From Antedon mediterranea (lineage: Eukaryota > Animalia > Echinodermata): a stretch of 64,000 nucleotides of DNA. Position numbers and translations under genes: made by a program. Under the pieces are notes generated by a model. That model saw only the letters and a list, made by a program, of their open reading frames with translations, ran no database searches and was not told the origin of the DNA. Below, in pieces: positions 52,254 through 64,000 of this stretch. Each line of letters begins with the position of its first letter. Position 1 is the stretch's first letter. The stretch covers positions 12,710,001 to 12,774,000 of the forward strand of contig NC_092672.1 of the NCBI RefSeq assembly GCF_964355755.1. The letters run 5' to 3'.

Positions 52254-53269
52254 GATTGCAAACAAACCTGATGAATCTATTCTCTGATGATAGATAACTA
52301 CCGTTTTCACAGTTGAGTCAAGAAAGGGTCCTGATAAAAGATGGACTGGTACACAATCAAAAGTTTTACATTTACTTCTACTACAGCCTGAGTAATTCCC
52401 CCACGTTTTGGGCAACATGACTGGTACAAACAGAGTATTTTGGGTTAAATGAATGGTGTTACACATACATTATTGAGCAATGTTCCACGTTTTTCTAAAA
52501 TTCACTCCACATCCTGAACTATAGTACATTAAAAATACCTAAGAAGTTCGTGTCACATTGAAAACTGTAAACATTGAGATGATAAAGAATAATGATATGT
52601 CAATGTTGGTCATATTCATGTTAATAATGAACATAAAATTGTGTTGTTGATGACGACGACGATGATGATGCTTGTGATATTGATAATGATGATTTTGACG
52701 ATGCTTAATATAATGATCCAGATTATTTTGATGACAAATTGTAATATGAATGTACAATAAGCAATAATTCTGAAACATTTAAAGATGTATATTCCCCAAA
52801 AACATGTAAAATAAAAATTAGTCAAAAAAGATGTTGTAGTTTCAATAAAGGTAATCACTTTCGCAGACAAACAAACGGTGAAATTCAACGAAAAACCCAT
52901 TGGAAAGCAGCAATTTTTTTCCCCAATGTTTGGTAAAAGTGAATAACTATTATGGAACATTAAAATGGAATATCCAACAAGACAAATTTGAGATTTTTTT
53001 TTAAGTGGACAATATATCAGATATCGGTCTGTCAATATATTTTCTTTATTTAATTTTGTCATTTCTTTATTATTTATTTAATGTTTCTAAAGATTACCAT
53101 ATATTTGTTTTAAATATTCTTTTAACTTCAATCTTGTTTACTTGTTTCCTTGTTTCCCGTACACTTTCGTCTACGGGATCGAGGCGAAGCACTCAGTGCT
53201 TAAAAGCCCCTCTTAGCAATAAAATCATATTCTATATAGGGTGAAAACTTCAGCGGGTGGTTTGACCAT

Positions 53270-54420
53270 GCGACGTTAAGTTTTGCTTTGAACAAGTTCA
53301 CCGTAGCACATGAAACTACATCGGTAGGCAGAGCATTCCATAAGAGAATAACTCTCCTGGAGAACGTGTCCCTCCAAATATTAAGACGAGAGCTTTTAAA
53401 CTTGAGTTTATATGGGTGTCCACGGGTCCGAGATTCTAGATCAAATTCAAAAAATGTGTTGATCGAAATACGATCGAAACCTTTTACAATCCTAAAAACT
53501 TGGATAATCTGCTCTCTGCCTTCGATATCTCATGGTAGGAAGACCAAGAATTCTCAAACGTTGTCCATAAGGGATATTACGGTACCTAGGAATCAATCTT
53601 GTTGCTCTTTGCTGGACCTTCTCTATTTCATCCTGATCTCGTTTTCTAATATAGGATTATTACGGTGGCCTATAAGTGTCACGGCAACTTTCAAAAAATA
53701 TCACGGCAATTTTTTCAAAAAAAGCCACGGCAATTTGAAAAAAGCCACGGCAATTTGAAATTGAATTAGATTCCAAAGGTTTCACTTCCACCGTGGTAAC
53801 TCACTTCCGCCGTGGCATTGTGTAATTTGCCGTGGTGTTTCACTATTAATTTGCCGTGGTGTTTCAATACTAATTTGCCGTGGTGTTTCATTTTTAAGTT
53901 GCCGTGGTATTTTTGTTAAATTGCCGCGATGTTTTATTTTTAATTTGCCGTGATGTTTTATTTTTAATTTGCCGTGGCTTTTTTTCAAATTGCCGTGGCT
54001 TTTTTCAAATTGCCGTAGCTTTTTTTGAAAGTTGCCGTGATATGTTTTGAAAGTTGCCGTGACACTTATAGGCCACCGTAGATTATAGACAGTATTACAA
54101 TATTCAAGCGTTGGCCTGACAATAGACTTATACAGCTTCATAAATCCATCTTTATTCAAGAATTTAAAAGATCTATAAATCCTTCCTAGTTTCTTATTAG
54201 CTCTTTTACAAATATCCGCTACATGCAAATTAAAGATTAAACTATAGGATCAAAGGTAACACCTAGATCTTTCTCCTGCTTTACCTCATGTAGTAAATTA
54301 CCAGCCATTGAATACAAGAAATTGGGATTATCACGACCATAATGAAATACCTTACACTTAGTGTCATTAATGGCAATTGCCAAACATTAGACCAATGGGA
54401 AGCACTGTCAATGTCTCTTT
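53270..54420 (-). mobile_element. 3' fragment of a CR1-clade LINE RT (frameshifted), split by a MITE
   Basis: Minus-strand peptides KRANKKLGRIYRSF..LYKSIVRPTLEYCNTVYNP, IEKVQQRATRLIP, TRGHPYKL..FSRRVILLWNALP. Confidence 0.85.
53661..54080. mobile_element. Non-autonomous IS3EU-like DNA transposon (TAYGG termini, 6-bp TSD)
   Basis: TIR TACGGTGGCCTATAAGTGTCACGGCAACTTTCAAAA at both ends. GATTAT duplicated at 53655-53660 and 54081-54086. Internal ~20-23-bp CACGGCAA repeats. Confidence 0.85.
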
Positions 54421-55278
54421 GAAATAAATAAATTATTAATAAGACCCATCTTTCTTTTCTCTTCCTTTAGATATCTGACATGCTTCATCTTACTCTTTCT
54501 TCTCGCTCTATTGTCCTGTCTCCTGTCTATTCCTTCCTTCCTTACTACTACTTAAATGTAAAATGTATGTATTAAGTATATATTATTGTACGTTAAAATA
54601 AAAATTAAAAATACAATTATATTTACTTTATTTTAGCATTGCTTTTTTTTATATTTTTAAATGAAGGCCAATGTCTGCTACAACTGCTATAATGTTAGTA
54701 GTATATCTATAGCACAAAACATAAAGAAACTACACGAGAGTTTACTGTATTATTCCAAAAAATATAAATACACTCATCATTACAATAAAGAAAAACAAGT
54801 ATTAAAGAGAGCATTGCACATCGCTGATGATAGCTACATCATTAGATTCGCATTAGATAAATTACTCATCCGTAGATGAATCCATTAGGACCAACTTACC
54901 CAACACTCATGATTTTACGATGTCATTTTGGAGTAATTACCAATAAACTTAAAACATAATTACCGTTTTAGACATCTCTCACGTCAACATTTCTTAATAT
55001 TCCTTGACTACATAATATTATAAAAATATGAGAAGATATGTTATATCATACATCGTATTCTATTCTATTTCAAAATAATTCAATATCGGTATAAACATAT
55101 TCTATGACCGTAATTATTTACTCTATTATTATTACTATCGACATTTAATACTAAGTCTTATATGATTATAGTAAAGATGATAACAATCATCATTGGTTTA
55201 ATACTATTTTGAAGAAATGTTTTAAGTAAACGTGCATGCGTACCACCATGATACACAGGCTGTTCCAGTTCTACTCTG

Positions 55279-55400
55279 TAGACCTGCCCAAAGTATGTAT
55301 ATTTATTGTCTTTTTTATGCTAATCATCTGCCAATTTTCTTTCTGAAAAAATATTTAAGCATTATACGTATGAAACGCCATAAGTGTCAAGTTTTTTTAA
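55279..55400 (+). mobile_element. Decayed, internally deleted relative of the 18780-19744 element
   Basis: TAGACCTGCCCAAA..ATTTATTGTCTTTTTT and ACGTATGAAACGCCATA match its left and right parts. Confidence 0.5.
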
Positions 55401-56533
55401 ACTAATATTATTGATTCGAAACACAGTCACAGTCATTATACAACATTTCTATAGACAAGGACACAATTTTAGCTCTCCAAAACTCATGACGCTATTGTAT
55501 ATCACATTGTGGTAAAATTATACGTGTGATGCTGAAAATGATGTATGAACTGATTTAAGTATAAATGGTAAAAACGAACGTAAAATTAAGTTCGGTAGTC
55601 TTTTTTATTTTTACAATGGACCCTCCGAATCACACATTTACAGTGTTGATAAGCTAATGGCTTGATACGTTATGTTAAGTTCAGAGGATAGACGCACTCT
55701 CAGAGAGCAATTACAAACCAATCATGGCTGAAGTTATTAAGAAACGAAAAATTAATTAAGATATGATAAGCTTATTTTTAAGAATGAGTCCTTTACCTTT
55801 GACTTAGATAATGATAAATTAGTTTAATTAAATTAAGTAGTGAATATGACATAGCCCATTCAACCATGATAACAAGCATAACAACTGTAAATTATAAATA
55901 CATGACAATATGCAACATTTCTATCTTCTATCTATGCATAGTTCATTCAAATGTTGAATGAAGCCCTCCTCATAACATTTCCATTTCTGTCTAATTCTTG
56001 CTGTCCTAGTCCATGCAGCCGTTCCAATGTAAGTTGTTAGATCATCTCTCTACCTTCTTTTCTGTCTTCCTCTTTTCCTCTTTTCTACCCTTGGTTCACA
56101 TTCTGTTAATCTGTATGTCCATCTATTATCTTGAAATCTTGTCACGTGCCCATTTAAAGGTGAATGATTTGAATTTTTATTCATATTTGATCATTTTATT
56201 ACTTATTTGGACATTTTAATCTTCTCTTAATCGTATCGTCTTGTTTTGTACATTTTTATCTGTGTTTATACATATTAATAGTACAAATGAGGGAGGAAGT
56301 TCAGGAAGGAAAGAAAAAAGATTACTTAATTTTGAATTAAAGTAAAATACTAAAGGAACGTATATATTGTAGCGTATTCCGTGGTACCTAATGTTTAGGT
56401 CCATGGTGGTACAATGCCCAACTGACAAACAGTTTACATTGTCAGTTGGTGATTGGTCTATTATGATAAGTAGGCCTAACTAACACTTCTTGGATGAAAA
56501 ATACACAACGTCTTTACAATTAATATTGTTATA

Positions 56534-56685
56534 AGGGCATGTGACGCAGTGTGTTGACTACTAATTGAGAGATCATGGGTTCGAGCCCAACGCTCGACGC
56601 ATTGCTTGTATCATAAGGCAATACACTTTACTTACGTTTGACTCTCTCCACTCCCATGTGTAGGCTATAAATGGGTACCTGTTAT
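56534..56685 (+). mobile_element. tRNA-derived SINE with CORE-like domain
   Basis: B-box GGGTTCGAGCCC, then AGGCAATACACTTTAC..CTCTCTCCAC..TATAAATGGGTACC. Confidence 0.65.
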
Positions 56686-58186
56686 ATCAGCAATATTATA
56701 TACCAGTTTACCCAGACACAAAATAACATTCCGTACTACCAAATGGGTCCTAAAGCCAAGATAACAATTCATGTTCAATCTATGGAAAAATTTCGAAGAC
56801 GATAAGAAAGCCTAACACTACCGAACACATCGCAATAGAATAGACTCTGTAATCCAGAAATGATAATTGACAAATAATTTAAACTACTGTATACGCCACG
56901 CATATATATTTATTATATGTATTAACCCATTTCAACAGATAAATAGCTTAAAGCCACATATTAAAGTAGGCAGTACAACATTAATAAAAATCAATCAGTT
57001 TAATTTAATGTTTTCTATTTGATCAGAAATCAATTATTTCATTAACAAAATAACGTAGTTATGTTAACAAGGCGCGGTTATGAAAAAGGGATGAGAAAAG
57101 AAGGATTTATTTAATCGTTTGTGAAGTTCCTGTTTAGTTTCCTTCAGTGTATATGCTTTTGTTTCCCTTTTTTTCTTATTAATATCTTTCTAAAATAGAA
57201 ATTTAGGAAACATTTCTCAAAAATGTATTTCAATATCTCAATATTCACGACAGCCGTACAAGTGAAATACAAAATGCTCCATCAATGTGCATAATATCAT
57301 CGTTGGTAATTTGAGAACATTTATTACCTTGAGATAAAACGTAGCGCAATGTGTATTTAAGTATTATTACTAAAGACGGAAAGACAAACTAAAAACCTCG
57401 ATCTTTCCTGATATTATTTCTACAAAGCCAACACAACATTTCTCCAGGTGGTGAAATACAAACCAAGTCGAAAACTATCTGATGAAACTGATACAATGGA
57501 TGTGGGTCGAGACATTCTCTTATAAATTAATAGGGAATAAATACGCCGATTTAATAGAGGTAAAGTATTCTGGGTTACATGCTATGTTCATAGCACCCAA
57601 AACGAGAAATATTTCACTGGGAAAAACAATATCATTATTGTTTAACATAACCGAGAACATTATTAAAGATGTGGGTAAGATCTTGTGCGGAAATTAATAA
57701 TAAGTTAGTTTTGAGTTTAGAATACATCGAAGTCTTCCAATCCGCTTTCAATAATACTGTGGGATTAGAGCAGCTGATTTTTGAAGTGATATATTAGGTA
57801 GACTACCTGGATAAAAAGAAAATTACGAATTTCATATTATACGTTTCTGGTTGCTAGGCCACTTAATGAGTTATAAAGCTTTTCTTTTCGATATACAGGC
57901 ACACTTGAACTATACGCGTGGGTTTATTGTTCATTATACATCAAGACATAATATGTCGGATAGGTTACAGTAATACAAACATCACTGAAATTAATCACAG
58001 AAAGCAGATGGTTTGTTCGTAAAGTCACTAGATTATATACAGTTTCTGTATATTAATAATTATGAATATTTAAGTGTATTATAAACACTAATGATTTATA
58101 AGCAACACAGATTTTTTTTACATATATTTTTTTGTTTTTTTAATTCATTTCGGTAATAAACATGAAATAATAATTACAAAACAAAG

Positions 58187-58342
<156 letters not shown>

Positions 58343-58498
58343 ACAAGAGGCAAAGAACATTAAATATATATATATGAGGGCGTATCAATTTGATCTCTGG
58401 TGCGCGTGCGTACAACTGAGGACTAGTGCTGTTCCGCCGTACCACGCCGAGAATGTTAAAGAGTCGCTATCCAATCGAGTTCGAACAATACCATGAAA

Positions 58499-58570
58499 GC
58501 CCCAGTGGTCTAATGGTTAGGACATCTGCATATCAAGCAGGCGGTCCGAGTTCGAGTCTCAGTTGGGGCG
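58499..58570 (+). tRNA. tRNA-Asp(ATC)-like cloverleaf carried inside a repeat element (function unproven)
   Basis: Acceptor GCCCCAG/TTGGGGC; D GTCT/GGAC; anticodon stem TCTGC/GCAGG with loop ATATCAA; T arm CCGAG-TTCGAGT-CTCAG (one C-A mismatch); G discriminator; TTTTT at 58573. Confidence 0.6.
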
Positions 58571-59021
58571 ACTTTTTCTCATTCTCACAGATTTCCTCAT
58601 CTTTATCGTTTCAAATTAATTAATTAAATTTCAGTATATTACCGGGCGGTTTAGAATTAATGTTCTTTGCCTGATTTGTTTATATATATATATAAACAAA
58701 TCAAATGATTTGTTTATATATATATATATATAAACAAATCAGGCAAAGAACATTATATATATAGTTCTTTGTTTTGTTCAGTTGGTAATTTACTAGCGTC
58801 TGTATCATTTATTTATATTTGGCTCTACATTTTGTATCGAGCACTTTCGCTTTCATGATCTGCGTTAAATTACCACGATTTATATATATGTATATAAATC
58901 CAAAGGCAAATTACTGAAAAAATGACAATGCTGTGGGTATCAGTGGCTGGATCTCAATGGAGATACAAAAAAAAAGCGAAAAGCTAAATCAAAACGATAA
59001 AGTAAACAGCCAGAAAAGTTA

Positions 59022-59060
59022 GCAGAGCTTTCGGGCAGTATGACTAGCCCTTCATCATGC
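59022..59060 (-). ncRNA. Hammerhead ribozyme homologue with a one-base core deletion (likely inactive)
   Basis: GCA-UGAUGA-A-GGGC(UAGUCAUACU)GCCC-GAAA-GCUC-UGC. Lacks the first C of CUGAUGA; lies in the copy at 58896-59072. Confidence 0.65.
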
Positions 59061-59218
59061 AAGTGAGGGAATTTGGATAAAGTCATAGCATATGAGTTGG
59101 CAAGTGCTGCCTGGGTGAACAGGAATAAAAGAAATATAACAATAGAAACAGCGTTTTGTTTAATGCGTTTGTCTCTCCTCGGCTTCTTTTTTTGTACTTC
59201 ATATATATTGTCTTGTAC

Positions 59219-59334
<116 letters not shown>

Positions 59335-59784
59335 GTACAAGACAAGAAGCCGAGGAGAGACAAAAGCATTAAACATAACGCTGTCACCGGTAAGGTGTCT
59401 CTCCGGATAATTGATTTTAAAATTATTTTTTATTTATTTTGTAAGTTGGTATTATTACAAGTATTTACATTAGATCAACAAATCATCACGCATCGTGACA
59501 CAAAATCATCTAAAACGATAACGAAAGTTTACAAATGCGCAATAATTATTCTTTGATGATCAAACAAGGTCGAACCGTTGAATAATGGCTTGCCTCTCGG
59601 AATCATTTTTATGAGTTTAGAATTAATGTTCTGTGCCTGATGTGTTTATATATAAGTATCTCTTCGGATCCCGCTTCGTGAATAAAATACTGAAAGATGA
59701 GGCGGGGCTATATTTCCCGGCGGGGTCCAGGTGAAGAAGCCACCGGAAACAACGCGTTCTAGAGTCATTTGAGGCCATGTTAAG

Positions 59785-59970
59785 TGGGTGGGTGAGTGGG
59801 TGGGTGGGTGGGTGAGTGTGTGAGTGAGTGAGTGAGTGAGTGAGTGAGTGAGTGAGTGAGTGAGTGAGTGAGTGAGTGAGTGAGTGAGTGAGTGAGTGAG
59901 TGAGTGAGTGGGGGAGTGAGTGAGTGAGTGAGTGAGTGAGTGAGTGAGTGAGTGAGTGAGTGAGTGAGTG
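59785..59970. repeat. (GAGT)n / (GGGT)n microsatellite
   Basis: Direct; explains the HSLT-repeat ORFs. Confidence 0.97.
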
Positions 59971-62900
59971 AAAAGGAGAAACTAGACAAGACAAGAAAAT
60001 TAAAGGAAATGAAGTAAAAGGAAAAGAGACGAAAGAAAATAATGTAAAATACAATTTAGAAAAAATATTAAAAATATTCACTTTTTATTAACAATAACAA
60101 TAATTGTCCAGTTAAAGTGATTATTCAGTTATTATATTTCCTCTCACGTGAGTATCCTGTATATGTAAAAGGAAAAACTTTTCATAACATATAATACAGT
60201 TTGTACGTACGCATTTTGTATGTCATACAATTCATCCAAAATGAACATTAATACTAATGTTTAAATCTTTTCAACTCTCTTATATCCAACATACAAGTTT
60301 AGTCAAAAAGAGGCCTAGTTTATAACTGTTTAGTTATGTATGTAATCATGTGAGTGCAACGTGATCGACATCTTAAAATGAAAGCAAAATCCTTCTTAAA
60401 AGAAACATAATGCCCATACTTGTATGTTTTTGCTTTTTTTTTCGTTTGATTTCTACATATACACAAGGCAACTGAGGATATTGACATTAACTGAAAGAGG
60501 ATTGGTGGAAAAAGTTTTAGGGGTGACAGGCGATATAATAAGTATTACTATGCTATCTGTTAACACCTGCTTATTGCATTTACTACGATTTGCATTGCCT
60601 TTAATTAACGTGATACTTAAAACAAACTACATTCATGTACAACGAAAACAATGCAGAGTATAAAGAATATATTGTTTACGACATAGATTTTGTGTGACTT
60701 CTACTTGTAATAAAATAAACGTCTCACGTCACCGACGTCAAACTTTTGAAGGGCTCACCAATTACAAATGAACGACGCTTAGAAAGACTTGCCCCTTCAT
60801 CTGTGTATCATTTCTTTCCCATCTATAAGATAGATGGGGCTACTCCTAATCGTGGAGTGGGGTAGTAATGTGTAGTTACTTCAATACACAATATGTAATT
60901 ACTATTTGTAACTAATTTTCCAACCAGACATGACCATAAAGATAATGATTTACGTGAGTATATAGGGAAGATGATCTTAATTAGTTATAGTGTTATGTTT
61001 CTTCTTTTTAAAGTAAGAGCACTGTAGATGATTCGATCAATTATTTAAACAAAACTTTATTCTAATGAACAAAGATAGATAGCATCATCCAAATAATTCA
61101 TTCATTTATTAATGAAATCGTTTTCCATACTAATGAGTTTCAATCAATCAATATCCCGAGGAAATGTATTTTGGAATTAGAACATTGTGCAAAAATACCT
61201 GTATTAGAGGGCGCTACAGTATTTATTGATTCTGAATCCGGAATATCAAACACTCTGTACTCGGTGAGTCTTTCCAAAGTTTTGATTGTCTTGGCTTTTC
61301 CAATGGTTGTTTTGCACAAATATGTATGTATTTAGCCTAACAGGAGAGAAAATAAGTATACAGTATATATATGCTTTTTTTATTCATTGTATAATTGTAT
61401 GTAGCCTAAATCAAAATATAAACCAACCAACCAAATTCCATGTGTGCCTCGTAGTTAAGATGACAATAAATAATATCGTATCGTATCTCTCCTTTGGGGA
61501 CACTTTCTCGTGAAAGGAATTACAATCAGATTACCCCAAACCCTATATTTGTTGAGTCCTGAAGATAATACTATCAGTTCAGTATTTGTAATTATTCAGC
61601 ATTTTAATTAAACGAGTTATTTGTAAGAGATGTCGCATCAAGAAGCATTAATTTGGACATAATAATGACATGTTAATGTAGTTACAATTACTATAATTCT
61701 ATTCTCCGAAAACAAAATAATTAAATGGAAAATTTAATTACAATTATTACAAAACGGTAAATGGTACTTTAAGTCTGTTGTTTTTTAAGACGAAAAGCGG
61801 AAAGCTACATTTTAAATTGATTTAACTTTTTTTTTACATTTTTCAACGACGTTTCCAAATAATGGTACAGTCAGTTTCAGGGGTAACTTCTTGTGACATG
61901 ATTATTGTTTATTATTACTTCTCAACAAAAGCATGTTCGAAAGTTTAGTAAACACAAGTGAAGACTAGTAAGGCCTACACAATGAAGGTCGCATCTCGTG
62001 AAACAAAAATAACGTTCTTCCGTTTGTACCAACATACTTCAAATGTTTGGCCAGAGGTTAGTGCAACCTACTTAATATTCTGCATAATTTATTAATTTTG
62101 CACATAGAATACTTGTTATGTATTCCAAAACTAATTTTGTGAACGAAACTAAAACCCTTTACTCAGTAATAGACCTAAACTTTCAACTCTGCCAAATCCC
62201 TCCCTGAATATACAAGTAGAAATTTTTGTTGTGATTGTGGTTCAAACTGAAGAACCTAAATGAACATACCGTTACCACAGTTGCTTGTTCATACGTAAGA
62301 TGGCGGCATTGGAAAATTTCAATCGTGTTGCTTGTAACTACACATGGTTCATTCATTTTGTTTGCTATAATTATTGTTTTAAAATTTCATCTACTTTTTA
62401 TTTATTATCCTGCTGTCCATGTCATAGACGATCGGGCCCATGACAAAACAAGCTAGAAAACATATTCCCTGCCACAAACCATACGGAAAATTTTTATTGA
62501 CGACCGTCGAAGATCGGGCTCCAATAAAAAACGATCTGTTCTGCAACTATCCGAATCAAAAACATGCAGATTCCTGGGTTATAGAAATCTGGTGGATTTT
62601 TAGAAGTAGTCAAAAAAAATCTGAAGATTTAACAAAAAAACATTTTAAAAATAATGATGCAAAATACTAACAAAACTAAGACAACCCAACTAGTATTTGC
62701 TACCCTCTATCTGTGGGATAGTTAGCCGTTGGTGACGACATTCAATTTGAAAATGGCTTTTTGTTTATTTAAGTTAGCAAAATAAGAATTACACAGATAA
62801 CTGTCATCAAAATCAAAATATGAATATATATTTTATAGGAAATTGTAGGTGAAAATTAGGATAACATCAGAAAAATCTTGTGAAAATCACATTACATCGG

Positions 62901-64000
62901 GATACCTGGAGATTGGCCTTAAAATCGTGACAACATCAGGCGAGTTGGCAGGTCTGGAATCCGTTTATACTAATCTACGCCCGGTAGGGACCGGTATCGT
63001 TAGGTAGGGGGCCGGTAGGTTTTTTTTATATAAAATGATGTAATGTACATTTATTAACATTAGTAGTAGATTTAACTTTCCAGAAACAAGTTCAAATCAG
63101 TTAAAACATTGTTCTTTTCATTCGTCACAACGTTACAAAGCAAAGAATGAATGGCGTCTTACTATGCGGTTCGATAGGCCTTGTCCGCCCTAGCCTTGGT
63201 CAGATAAAGCATACCTTTTAAATTATAATACAAATGTAGGCATATGTAATTTTCAGGTAGGTTAACTTCTAATTAACCGTCTATTATGACTTCAAAATAT
63301 AAAATGGTTGTTTTTTAAATGGCTTTATTCTCAAATAAAGAAACTGCTAAATATTACCAACATGTTAGATTTTTTTTTGGAAACTATAGTTATAATTAGC
63401 AGTTTTAAAATAAAATTGTCTACTCTATTTCTTAATTTGTACAAGTTTTGATTTGTTTTAGTGACTAAGCCTAATAAACTTTAGAAAATTATTATCGTAC
63501 TTATTGTTGTTGATCTCGTAAACTTCATACAATGTTCAAAATATTTTCTTCGAAAACATTCAGATCAGGATTTATAAACACGATGGTTAATTCGGGTAAT
63601 TGATTGATGATAGTATTTTAGAATTATGATACTACCCCCTCTAGAGTTTCATTTTCATTTCAAAGTTATTATTTGTATTTTCGGCTATGGAATTATCGAG
63701 TCGTGACAAAAAAAAATGTTATGATGAACGAGCTTTGATCTGTATACTATTATATTTTACGATTTTGTGATTAAATAATGAATTTGAATTGAACTACACA
63801 AATAATACTAAATTGTATCAGTGTCATAATTACTATACCTCCCTCTTACCTGGCTGCATTTCCATATTCAATTTAAACAGCTTACGCCCTCTATTGTTTA
63901 AGAATGGTAAACAATTATTCATTTTATATTGTCCTTTATAACTTTAATAGAAGAATGTCATCAATCTAACATAACATTTATTCTACATTTAAGATAATAA

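Noticed and set aside
53288-54228. 156-aa (+) and 148-aa (-) ORFs
   Set aside because: Antisense and sense read-through of the CR1 fragment into the inserted MITE.
58416-58422. CTGAGGA hammerhead-core-like heptamer upstream of the tRNA module
   Set aside because: No stem II followed by GAAA at a suitable distance.
59623-60081. HSLT-repeat ORF
   Set aside because: Translation of the (ACTC)n microsatellite.
62880-62956. GAGTTGGCAGGTCTG hAT-like terminus
   Set aside because: No convincing partner terminus or 8-bp TSD found.
63840-63900. Minus-strand CAG/GTAAG donor suggesting an exon
   Set aside because: Single splice motif with no supportable ORF or partner exon in the window.

Overview
AT-rich, gene-poor animal genomic DNA. 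An invertebrate deuterostome such as an echinoderm is my inference from repeat and Ig-domain style, not proven. There is one convincing host gene: a single-coding-exon type I membrane protein with 3 Ig-like domains and ITIM-like/PDZ-binding tail motifs (46704-48080,+). About 260 bp after its stop sits a young 5'-truncated Penelope-like retroelement (RT C-terminus + GIY-YIG) with a 174-bp inverted pseudo-LTR, a hammerhead ribozyme in each arm and a 13-bp TSD. The rest is mostly mobile DNA: the right end of an EnSpm/CACTA-like transposon with a 63-bp satellite and a dead accessory gene, Helentron-associated (HINE/DINE-like) elements, nested AcademH-like and IS3EU-like insertions with TSDs, MITEs, SINEs, a CR1 fragment and minisatellites. 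The most unusual signal is two (TA)n hotspots (29.3-30.0 kb, 58.2-59.65 kb). There, several short non-coding families dock their 3' ends on (TA)n in both orientations. One family carries a minimal hammerhead ribozyme. Another carries a near-perfect tRNA-Asp(ATC)-like cloverleaf and shares its 3' tail with a module containing a decayed hammerhead. Most short ORFs in the track are repeat artefacts. Boundaries of decayed repeats are approximate and were read by eye.
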